DNA from: Nitrospirota bacterium
GTDB lineage: Bacteria; Nitrospirota; UBA9217
Length of the DNA: 64,000 bases
NCBI GenBank assembly: GCA_963741205.1
Contig: CAVUHW010000034.1
Coordinates: 32,001-96,000, forward strand
Direction: 5' to 3'
Position numbers and translations under genes: made by a program. The number at the start of each line of letters is the position of its first letter. The first letter of the stretch is position 1. Positions 1-9,686 of the stretch are shown here, one piece after another. A model generated the notes under the pieces. The model did not search any database. It saw only the letters and a program-made list of their open reading frames with translations, and was not told the origin of the DNA.

Positions 1-122
1 TTGGTAGGCGTCCCGAAGATCGCTCGGGACGTGATATGACGCATGGATAACAGAAAAACACGCAAACTGAAGTTTGCGGCTACAGTAATGATGAAATAAT
101 TCCAAGGAGAAAAGGAGAAAGT

Positions 123-826
123 ATGAACGTACGTGCTGTAATCATTTCATTATGCATGGTATTTTTAGTGAGCCCGGTATTCGGTGATGAGAAGGAGGAG
201 TTCAAAACCCCGAAAGGACAAGCTGAGCTATGCGCTGGGCGCGGATATGGGCAACAACCTGAAGAAATTCGATATTGATGTGAACGCGGACGTTTACATA
301 AAAGGAATGAAGGACGCGATGTCAGGCGGCAAGGTGCTTTTAACGGAACGAGGAGATCAAGGCGATCATCATGTCCCTGCAGAAAGACCTTCAGACCAAA
401 CAGCAGGAAAAGATGAAGGCGCAGGGCGAAAAGAACAAGAAAGAGGGCGAGGCGTTCCTCGCCGAGAATAAGAAGAAGGAAGGCGTGAAGACCCTGCCCA
501 GCGGCCTCGAGTACAAGGTCATCACGGAAGGGAAAGGCAAGTCTCCCAAGGACACGGACACCGTGACGGTCCACTACAAAGGAACACTCATCGACGGGAC
601 GGAGTTCGACAGCTCGTACAAGCGCAACGAGCCGGCGACCTTCCCGGTGAACGGCGTGATCAAGGGCTGGACCGAGGCGCTGCAGCTCATGAAAGAGGGC
701 TCGAAGTGGCAGCTCTTCATCCCTGCGAACCTCGCCTACGGCGAGGGCGGCAGGCCGGGGATTCCCCCGAATTCGGTCCTGATCTTCGAGGTTGAGCTGA
801 TCAAGGTCGGGGCGAAGGAAAAATAA
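123..826 (+). CDS. FKBP-type peptidyl-prolyl isomerase (Mip/FkpA type), frameshifted
   Basis: Signal peptide from ATG 123, [12 protein letters not shown]-domain, and FKBP domain ([17 protein letters not shown]...[13 protein letters not shown]) split over frames. Confidence 0.9.
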
Positions 827-862
827 GGATCTGTTCCGAGTAGGATGAAATACCACATATGC

Positions 863-937
863 TGTCATTCCGGGCTTGACCCGGAATCCAGTTTCTTTGC
901 CGTGATAAAATGGATTCCCGCTTTCGCGGGAATGACA
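863..937. repeat. REP-like palindromic element (TGTCATTCC...GGAATGACA)
   Basis: Terminal inverted TGTCATTCC/GGAATGACA with internal hairpins ccgggcttgacccgg and cccgctttcgcggg; lies between convergent genes. Confidence 0.8.
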
Positions 938-980
938 GGCTCAGTGGATTCGAATTAGAACTGTGTTCAATTCCGATCAT

Positions 981-1793
981 TCAAAGTAGGGGGCGTATGT
1001 CAATGCCCCCTATTCTTTTTCCCATTCCTTCAGTTTCCCCGTGATAAAATCGATGATCTGCTGATGTTCCTCGTTTCCGCGGTCCTTGATCAAGAGCGGT
1101 TTCCCGAATGCAAAGTGAACGGTCTTGGCCGGGTCGATCCTGCCGAAATCCTTGAGAGCGCGCCGTTGCCCCAGGCATCGGTCTTGAGCGCGATGGGGAC
1201 GACCGGCACGCCGGCTCGTTTCGCGAGCTTTATGCCGATGGTGTTGAACTGGTCGCGGTCAAAGGCTGCGAGCCGCGTGGTTTGCGGAAAGATGATGATC
1301 GATATGCCCGCCTTCAGCCTCTCGGTCCCCCCTTCCAGAACAGCCTTCAGATCGTCGCGCGGGTTCGACCTGCCTACGGTGACCGGGTCCCTCGCCCGCA
1401 TCACGTATTTGAAGACCGGATATTCCACGAGGCTCTGCTTGACGACGAAGGTCGCGTCCTTGATCGGCGCGATGAGGACCGGAAGGACGAAGGTCTCGAG
1501 CGTGCTCATGTGGTTGCCGATGAACACGCAGGGCCCGTCGAACGTTCGGAAGTTGTCGATGCCGTCGATCTCGATGCTGACGCCCACCTGCTCAAGGGCG
1601 CGCAGCGTTGCAGAGGCTGCTTTCGCACCAATCCTTCGTATCATACCGTCCCTGTTTTGCCTTTCTGCTTGCCCGCACGACGATCTCGAACAATCTGGGC
1701 GTAAAAGGCGAACGACGGCATCAGCCTGGCGGTCAGGGAAATATTCCGGGGCTCTGTGCGATAGGTGTTTCGGTCAAATCTCAAATGTTCCAC
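981..1793 (-). CDS. plsC: 1-acyl-sn-glycerol-3-phosphate acyltransferase, frameshifted
   Basis: NHMSTLE (NHxSxxD-like) and IFPQTTR motifs; pieces in ORFs 1641-1991, 1090-1644 and 981-1178. Confidence 0.8.
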
Positions 1794-1975
1794 AACGGCG
1801 CTCCGTGCCTGAAAAGATGGATTTTGGGCTTTCCTGTTCATGGCAGACGCTAAAACGTTGACCATGAAGAAAAGCAGTATACCATGAGTGACAACGAGAG
1901 TGAAGAGGGAATGAGGATCGGGACGGCTGAAAAAATAGCTTGCAATGGACTGATGAAAAAGAGAAAATAGGCGCC

Positions 1976-3536
1976 ATGACGACACGAACACTCAGGAAGG
2001 ACGTAGCGCAGATGGTGATGCCGAGGATCGACGGCGAGAAACTCGACGATCCGCGCTATGTCCTGAAACTGCGGGAGCTCATCGCCGAAGGGGTCGGCGG
2101 CTTCATTCTGTTCGGAGGTTCCGTGGACCGGACGCCGGGGCTTCTGCGGACACTCCAGGAATATGCGGAAATTCCTCTTTTGATCGCATCCGATATCGAG
2201 CGCGGTCTCGGCCAGCAGCTATCGGGAGGCACGCGTTTTCCGAGTCAGCGCGCGGTGGCCTCGGCAATCAACCGCCGCTCAAAAAAAGACGTTGCCGTTC
2301 TTGACCGGATGCTGGACGCCGTTCGCCTCGAAGCGCGGTCAGCCGGAATTCACGCGGTCTTCTCACCGGTCGTCGATGTGAACAACAATCCGGACAACCC
2401 GATCATCTGCACCCGGGCCTTCGGCGACGAGCCCGAGGTGGTTGAGTGGTTCGGTTCGCGGTATATTAAGCGGCTTCAGAAACCGCCGGGGCAGGGCAGG
2501 CTGGAGCTTCTGGCCTGCGCCAAGCACTTTCCCGGCCACGGGGACACGGACCAGGATTCTCATTCGGTCCTCCCGGTCATTCGGGCGGACAGGGCGCGCT
2601 TGAACCGGGTGGAGCTCCCGCCGTTCCGCGAGGCGGTAAAGGACGGCGTAGGCATGGTGATGGTGGCGCACCTGCTCGTCCCCGCCCTCGACCCGGATAA
2701 GCCGACGACATTCTCGAAAAAAACCATCACGGCGCTGCTCCGGGAAGGCATGGAGTTCGACGGGTTGATCGTGTCGGACGCGCTCGATATGGGCGCCCTC
2801 GCCGGGGTCCTATTCTCAGGCAGAGATCGCGGTGAGGGCCGTGGAGGCGGGGATGGACATCCTGCTTCATCCCGAAGCCGCGCCGGCGACCATCGACGCC
2901 GTCGTTTCCGCCGTTGAGCAGGGAAGGCTTACCAGCGGGCGCATCGCTGAATCCGTAGAACGGATCACGGCCGCCAAGAAGAAACTGGGCCTCTTCGACA
3001 AGCCGACGGCGTCGACGGCCCCGATCGATTATGAGAAGCACCGTCTTATTGCCCGGGAAATCGGCCGCAAAGCAATCCGCATTATTTCAGGCGACAAAAA
3101 ACTGTTTCCCCTCCCGCAGCGGGCGGGCGTCGCTTGCTTTATCCTCGATGACGACAACAACACCGAGTCGGGAAACGCCCTCATCCACGCCCTGCGTGAC
3201 GGCTTCAGGAATCTGTCCGTCCTGGTCCTGACGCCGGGCACGGAGTTGCCGGAGTCACTGGCGCTCGACTGCATACGGGCGGCGGACATTGTTGTCCTCG
3301 CATTATTTTCCAGGATATCCGCGTCCAAAGGACGGTCAGGAATTACGGATAAGCTCCGCAAGCAGGCGGCGGGCATCCTCCACGCCACGAGAGACATGCA
3401 AGGGACGTCGGTCGTCATTTCCTTTGACAGCCCCTACCTCCTGGACCAGTTCCCTGAAGCAGATGTGCGCATCGCCGCGTTCGACCGCATGCATGAGATT
3501 CAAGAGGCGGTTGCGGAAATGCTGATGGGGGGATAG
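1976..3536 (+). CDS. nagZ: GH3 beta-N-acetylglucosaminidase with C-terminal domain, frameshift near 2810
   Basis: KHFPGHGDTDQDSH and SDALDMGA motifs; continues in ORF 2832-3536. Confidence 0.85.
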
Positions 3537-3662
3537 TCAGAAGACAAAATCTTGTCGTATGCGAGTTGACGGGTCTGCGATCCCTTCTGAAGAGCTTTCG
3601 CCATATCATGTAACGCGAAACGCGCAACCCGCCACAGCTTCCGGCTGCGGCCAAAGGCTGCG

Positions 3663-4190
3663 CTAGGGTTTGATCACCGCGACATATGGCAGGTTGCGGC
3701 ACCGCTCGGCACAGTCAACTCCGTAGCCTACTACGAACACATCCTGAATCTCAAAGCCTCGATAAGCGATAGGCACGTCCACGATGCGGCGGGGTTTTTT
3801 GTCCAGGAGAACCACAGCCTTGAGGCTTGCCGGTCCTCTCTTCCGGAACTGCTCGAAGACGCGGGTGAGCGTGAGCCCGGTGTCGATGACCGTGTCCACG
3901 AGGAGCACGTGCCTGCCGGTCACGTCGATATCCACGTCCTTCTTGATGCTGACCTCTCTCGATGACACGGTGGAATTGCCGTAGCTCGACGCGTGCACGA
4001 AGTCGACGGCAGAGGGGATGGTTATACGGCGCATCAGGTCCGCCAGGAATATCACGGCGCCCTTCAGGACGCCGACAAGGACCAGGTCCTTACCGGCGTA
4101 GTCCCGGGATATCTCCCCGGCAAGTTCCTCGACCCGTTTCTCAATGGTCGCCGCGTCGATCAGTATTTCCTGGATTTCGATTTTATTCAT
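3663..4190 (-). CDS. hpt: Hypoxanthine phosphoribosyltransferase
   Basis: VGVLKGA, SSYG, VLLVDTVIDTGLTL and FVVGYG motifs. Confidence 0.9.
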   Translation of the reverse strand: MNKIEIQEILIDAATIEKRVEELAGEISRDYAGKDLVLVGVLKGAVIFLADLMRRITIPSAVDFVHASSYGNSTVSSREVSIKKDVDIDVTGRHVLLVDTVIDTGLTLTRVFEQFRKRGPASLKAVVLLDKKPRRIVDVPIAYRGFEIQDVFVVGYGVDCAERCRNLPYVAVIKP

Positions 4191-4209
4191 AGCTGGCCTC
4201 GCAGCTGAA

Positions 4210-4372
4210 GAAACACAGATGATTCACGGAACGCAGATAAAATCAGATCAAACGCGGATGAATCAAAATGGACACGGCTCACATTCATGCAGAAAGTTTT
4301 CTCGGCCTCCCTGTCATGATTTATCAGCGTTAAATCTGCTTTGATCCATGTCGATCTGCGTGCAAATGCGTT
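4210..4372. repeat. Inverted short-tandem-repeat insert (CGCAGAT / ATCTGCG units)
   Basis: Left arm cacagat, cgcagat, cgcggat; right arm atcagcg, atctgct, atctgcg; between ade and hpt. Confidence 0.55.
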
Positions 4373-4381
4373 TTCACGGCA

Positions 4382-6092
4382 TCACACAAACAAATCCACG
4401 AAGGTGAACCGGTTCACGTCCACGAGGCCCCTGTCCGTAAGCTTTAATTCGGGAATTACGGGGAGGGCCAGGAAAGACATGGCGCTGAACGGTTCGTCGA
4501 TCTTCACTCCCAGGTGCTGCGCCGCCTGATCGAGCTCCTTGATCTTTTTCGCGACAGAGTCCGCGGGTTTTTCCGACATGAGTCCGGCCACCGGAAGGGG
4601 GAGGCGCGCGAGAACTCTTCCCCGGTCTACGACGACCATCCCCCCGTGCATTTTCCGCATCTCTACGACGGCCTTGAGAATGTCAGCGTCATCCACGCCT
4701 ACGGCGATGATGTTGTGGGAATCGTGCGCGATTGTCGAAGCCAGCGCTCCGGAGGCGAGCCCGAAGCCCTTGACCAGGCCGAAGCCGATGTTACCCGAAG
4801 ACCGGTGGCGCTCGACCACGAGGAGTTTCAGAATATCCCGTTCGGTGTCGGAGATCACGAGGCCGCCTCGGGCCCTGACCGGAAGGACCACCTGCCTCGT
4901 CTCGATCTGGCGAGGTATAAGCTCGATCACCCTCGCCCGGTCTCCCCTGGCCTTGAGCCGCATATGGGAAACATCGAATGCCGGAATCCTGACGGTATTT
5001 GTCGCTTCCGGGTGATCGATGCGTTTAACAGGCACGCGGACCTTCCCCCCGCGGGCGACAAGCCTGCCTTTTTTAAAAACCATCTCCACGTTGAACTTCT
5101 CGAATTGGTCGATGATGACCAGGTCCGCGTCATATCCCGGCGCGACCGCTCCTTTTCCTCGAAGACCGAAATGCAGTGCCGGGTTTATCGTGGCCATGCG
5201 GACAGCGGTTACAGGATCAAGGCCAAGCCCGACCGCCCTCCGGATCATCTGATCAACGGAGCCGCGTTGCAGATCTCCTGCCTGAAGATCGTCTGTGCAA
5301 AAGCAGAAGGACCGGGAGTTTAACGGGTTGACTGCCGGCAGGAGGGCTTCCAGGTCCTTTGCAGCCGAGCCTTCCCGGATGAATACCGTCATGCCGAGTC
5401 CCACCTTCTCACGCGCTTCTTCGGCAGTAACGCATTCGTGGTCCGAGGATATCCCGGCGCCGATATAAGCCGCGAGTTCCCTGCCGGAAAGGCCGGGCGC
5501 ATGGCCGTCTATGGGCCGGTCGCCGAACCGGGCAAGCTTACGGAGGACCTCATGGTCACCTGCGAGCACACCCGGGTAGTTCATCATCTCGGCCAGGCCG
5601 AGGACCCGTTCATGCCGAAGAAAGGTTGCAAGATCGGCGGTGGAGAGAGTGGCGCCGGAGGTCTCCAGCCTGCTCGTGGGAACGCATGAGGGAAGCATGA
5701 AGTAGAAATCAAGCGGCAGGGCCGCGGTTGCATCGAGAAAATACCTGATGCCCTTTTTGCCCAGGACATTGGCGATCTCGTGAGGGTCGGCCACCACGGC
5801 TGTGACGCCGCGGGGGAGTGCGGCCCTTACGAATTCGGCGGGTACGAGCAGGGAGCTTTCCAGGTGTACGTGACTATCGATGAAGCCGGGCAGGACGATT
5901 TTCGAGGATGCGTCCAGGACGGTCTTCCCGTCGTAGGGCCCGAGGCCGACGACCTTGCCCCGATGGACCGCCACATCGGCCTTTTCAATCAACCCCGGAA
6001 AAGACATTCACGACCCGGCAACCCCGGATTACGAGGTCCGCCCGTTTCAGCCCCCGCGCCGCCATAATTCTTTCTTTCAGGTCGTTGTTCAT
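4382..6092 (-). CDS. ade: Adenine deaminase, frameshift near 6000
   Basis: PGFIDSHVHLESS, DPHEIANVLG, DGHAP, HDSHN motifs. Confidence 0.92.
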
Positions 6093-6202
6093 GCGTTCAG
6101 AAACTCCGAGTATGCGGTGTAAACCGCCTTTATCAGCCCATTTCTTGCAAAAGATACAACATATTGATAGAATTGTAAAGAGAGGCTGTAGAGAGGGAGG
6201 CG

Positions 6203-6766
6203 ATGCTAATGAAAGAAGCCCTGCTCGTGATGGATATGCTGAACGACTTCGTGCTTCAAGGGGCGCCGCTCGAAGTCCCGGAAACGCGAAAAATAATTCC
6301 GGTCGTCAAAAAAGAGATCGAAAAGGCCCATGCAGCCGGGAACGCGGTCATCTATGTCTGCGACGCCCATGCGCCGGATGACAAGGAATTCTCGAAATTC
6401 GGCTGGCCCGCCCATGCCGTGAAAGGCACACGAGGGGCCAAAGTCGTGGAAGAGCTCAAACCCGGGAACGAGGACATCGTCATCCTCAAGACGGCTTATT
6501 CGAGTTTTTTCGGCACGAACCTCGATGAGATCTTGAAACGGATCGGCGTCGATGCGCTTCGTCTGACCGGGACGGTGACTCATATCTGCGTGCTGTTCAC
6601 CGCCTCGGACGCGGTCCTTCGCGACTATTCCGTGACCGTCGTGGAAGACGGCGTTGCCGGCATCTCCCGGGAAGACCATGACGCCGCCCTCCGAATCATG
6701 AAGAATGTGTTGGGCGTGACAATCGTGAAATCGGGGACGCGAGAGACAGGCAGGAAGGCGGCGTAA
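6203..6766 (+). CDS. pncA: Isochorismatase-family cysteine hydrolase (likely nicotinamidase)
   Basis: DMLNDF, D-x-H, WPAHAV, K..YSSF and THICV motifs; adjacent to NAPRTase. Confidence 0.8.
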   Translation: MLMKEALLVMDMLNDFVLQGAPLEVPETRKIIPVVKKEIEKAHAAGNAVIYVCDAHAPDDKEFSKFGWPAHAVKGTRGAKVVEELKPGNEDIVILKTAYSSFFGTNLDEILKRIGVDALRLTGTVTHICVLFTASDAVLRDYSVTVVEDGVAGISREDHDAALRIMKNVLGVTIVKSGTRETGRKAA

Positions 6767-6768
6767 TT

Positions 6769-6917
6769 AATGCGGAATGGGAATGCAGATCATCATAGCG
6801 CATTCCGCGAAAGCGAATCCAGAGTTCATGACTCTGTCCCCGACAGAGTCATTCGGGGACGATAAGTTTGATAACGAGCTGTTTCATTCCGCATTCGGCA
6901 ATCCGAAATCCGAATTT
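6769..6917. repeat. Inverted heptamer-repeat insert (AATGCGG / ATTCCGC) with nested REP-like palindrome
   Basis: aatgcgg-aatggg-aatgc on the left; attccgc-attcggc-aatccga-aatccga on the right; inner hairpin atgactctgtc/gacagagtcat. Confidence 0.7.
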
Positions 6918-6929
6918 GAAAGGGGATCC

Positions 6930-8168
6930 ATGTTCCTTACCGCCGATCCAAAGGATATTCTCGAAGGTAAAATCACCGATGTCTACTTCGAACGTGCGCT
7001 GGCCATCCTGAAGGCGAAGAACGTCAACCCGTGGGTAAAGGCGGAGTTTATAGCCAAGAACCTGCCGAAGAACTGGCCGTGGGCTCTGTTGACCGGAGTC
7101 GGCGAAGCCATGGAACTCATGCAGCGCCTGCCGATTAAGGTCAGGGCCATGCGCGAGGGGACGGTATTCCATGCCTACGAGCCGGTGATGGAGATTGAGG
7201 GCAGATACCAGGATTTCATGGTGTATGAGACGGCAATCCTCGGGTTCCTTTGTCAGGCTTCGGGCGTTTCTACCCGGGCCGCGCGCATGAAAAAACTCGC
7301 GGGCGATCGTCTGGTCATGAGTTTCGGGGCGCGTCGGATGCACCCCATTCTGGCGCCCATGATCGAGCGGAACGCCTACGTGGGCGGGTGCGACGGCGTG
7401 GCCGTGGTCAAGTCCGGCGAGGTGATCGGCGAAGACCCCATGGGCACAATGCCGCACGCCCTTGTTCTGTGCATGGGCTCGACAATCGAGGCCATCAAGG
7501 CCTACGACGAGGTGCTCGATCCGCGGCTCAAGCGCGTGGCGCTGATCGACACGTTCCTGGACGAGAAGTTCGAGGTGCTGAACGTGGCAGAGGCCCTCGG
7601 AGACCGGCTGTATGCGGTCCGGTTCGACACGCCCGGTTCACGGCGCGGCAACTTCTTCCGCATCCTTGAGGAAGCGCGATGGGAGCTTGAACTGCGCGGG
7701 ATGGGTCACGTAAGATTTTTCGTAAGCGGAGGCATCGCCGAGGAAGATATCCCCGTTCTCAATCCCGTGGTCCACGGTTACGGAATCGGCGCCTCCATCA
7801 GCAATGCGCCGATTATTGATTTTGCCATGGACATCGTCGAGATAGACGGAAAAGCCGCGGCGAAGCGGGGCAAGTGGTCCGGGAGCAAGAGGGTTTTGGC
7901 TTGTGGACAGTGCGGTCAGCGGAGGATCGCTCCGAACGACGGACGTGAGATGAACGCATGCGCCTGCGGCGGCGTGTTCACCGACATTCTGGTCCCGGCG
8001 CTCGATACCGGGAAGCGGCTTAGCGAAGAGGATGCGCCGGCGCGAATACGCGACTATGTGATGAGTCAGGTGAAGGAGCTGGGGCTTGTAATTCGTCAAT
8101 GCTGGTCATTCTGCAGAACGCGACGTCATGTCCCGATACGAATTAATCGGGAATACCAGAGGTTCTAA
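6930..8168 (+). CDS. pncB: Nicotinate phosphoribosyltransferase (true stop possibly near 8091)
   Basis: TDVYF, SFGARRMHP, GTMPH, VRFDT and SGG motifs. Confidence 0.88.
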   Translation: MFLTADPKDILEGKITDVYFERALAILKAKNVNPWVKAEFIAKNLPKNWPWALLTGVGEAMELMQRLPIKVRAMREGTVFHAYEPVMEIEGRYQDFMVYETAILGFLCQASGVSTRAARMKKLAGDRLVMSFGARRMHPILAPMIERNAYVGGCDGVAVVKSGEVIGEDPMGTMPHALVLCMGSTIEAIKAYDEVLDPRLKRVALIDTFLDEKFEVLNVAEALGDRLYAVRFDTPGSRRGNFFRILEEARWELELRGMGHVRFFVSGGIAEEDIPVLNPVVHGYGIGASISNAPIIDFAMDIVEIDGKAAAKRGKWSGSKRVLACGQCGQRRIAPNDGREMNACACGGVFTDILVPALDTGKRLSEEDAPARIRDYVMSQVKELGLVIRQCWSFCRTRRHVPIRINREYQRF

Positions 8169-8234
8169 ATGACACTACGGGTCGCCCGAATAGACAGCGC
8201 ATTCAGGGACAACGAAAAAGAAAAGGAGTGAACC

Positions 8235-8684
8235 ATGCTGAGAAAACTATTTCTAACGGCTGACGACGCAGCACTTCTGGTGCTTCGCATTACGCTCGGG
8301 GTTGTATTTTTCCCGCACGGGATGCAGAAGCTGTTAGGCTGGTTCGGCGGGTACGGGTTCGCAGGCACGATGGATATGTTCACGACGAAACTCGCGATCC
8401 CGGCTTTATTTGCATTCCTTGCAATCATGGCCGAGGGGCTTGGCTCTCTTGGACTGATCACCGGGTTTCTGACCCGTGTCGCGGCCTTTGGTATTACCGT
8501 TAATATGGTCGTTGCCGTTTACCTGCTGCACTGGCAGAACGGGTTTTTTATGAACTGGTTCGGGAACCAGAAAGGCGAAGGTTTTGAGTATCACCTGCTG
8601 GTCATTGCGATCGGAATCGTGCTCATGATCAAAGGGGGAGGAAAGTGGTCCGTGGACAAGGGGCTGGGTGACGTTCTGCGGTAA
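8235..8684 (+). CDS. DoxX family membrane protein
   Basis: HGMQKLLGWFGG and GEGFEYHLL motifs; four hydrophobic segments. Confidence 0.9.
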   Translation: MLRKLFLTADDAALLVLRITLGVVFFPHGMQKLLGWFGGYGFAGTMDMFTTKLAIPALFAFLAIMAEGLGSLGLITGFLTRVAAFGITVNMVVAVYLLHWQNGFFMNWFGNQKGEGFEYHLLVIAIGIVLMIKGGGKWSVDKGLGDVLR

Positions 8685-8708
8685 CCTGGGCCGAGAGGAT
8701 GCAAGATA

Positions 8709-8743
8709 AGCGGGGTCGTCGATTTAGACGGCCCCGTTTTTTT
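8709..8743 (+). terminator. Intrinsic terminator
   Basis: cggggtcgtc-loop-gacggccccg followed by T7. Confidence 0.8.
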
Positions 8744-9048
8744 ATTGCGCCAAGCGGAAAGCGTGGAGAAAAGATACCCGCGAATCCTTCTATTGCATTA
8801 TCATGCCGATCACAACAATAGGTAGCACTACCTATTTACTTTGAAAAAAAATTTCTTATAATAATAACGACAAATATAAAGTTCAGTGTTCACGGTTCTG
8901 GGGTTATAGGCAGCCGTCCAAAACTGTCGGCACATGAATAACGCATTCTAGAGGGCTCGCTATAAAACGTGAATAAAGAACCAATGGCCGCCATCTTTCA
9001 GCTTTCGTCCGCGGCTCCTGCGCAGCAAAAGGGAATGGTACATTAACG

Positions 9049-9420
9049 ATGACTTACAGTAAATCACGAAATCTTGCACGGCAAATCATAATAATCTATG
9101 TTTGCCTTGTAATCGGGACAAGCGCCGCGGGATGGTTATATTACAAAAACCAGGAGGAAGCCTACCGGCATGATAAACAGAATGACCTCTCCTCCATCGC
9201 TACGTTGAAAGTCAATGAAATATCGAGGTGGCGCAAGGAACGTCTGGACGACTCAATCGTCACCATGCAGAACACATTTATCATGAACGGCATCTCCCGG
9301 TGGCTCGCCGATCCCCGGCAATCAGAACTTAAACCGAAGCATCCACGACTGGCTGCTGTCTCTGAAGGACAACTACGATTACAAGGACATTATACTTCTC
9401 GCCCTAGGCTTTCAACTTAA
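9049..9420 (+). pseudogene. Truncated N-terminus of a membrane sensor protein
   Basis: TM helix then LSSIATLKVNEISRWRKERL (periplasmic sensor-like); ends abruptly near 9400 with no downstream domains. Confidence 0.55.
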
Positions 9421-9686
9421 ATACGAATGAAGGTAAAATAATGATTTCACCTATTGACTACCTGCATTTACTTGATAAAATTTCAATACGTGGGCGTTAC
9501 GCACAACATTGAATAACTTGAACGGTAGGCTTAAACGGTGTTGTTTTCAGCATCTATATAATTCAGATTAAATTTGGAAGGAGGGAAGCATGTTTTTGCA
9601 ACTTCATGAACTAAAAAAGCCACAATAATCGTCGGTCGAAAGCGAGAAATCAGAGATACTTTAGTCGCGAATAAAAGGAGGACATC

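Noticed and set aside
6777-6929. N-terminal extensions of pncB (and of TVP38 at 26864, tusA at 60987)
   Set aside because: The extensions are translated repeat elements; better starts with SD sequences lie downstream.
8880-9686. Cyclic-dinucleotide (GEMM) riboswitch upstream of the peroxidase operon
   Set aside because: No GGCAAACC...GAAA...GGACGCAAA pattern was found.
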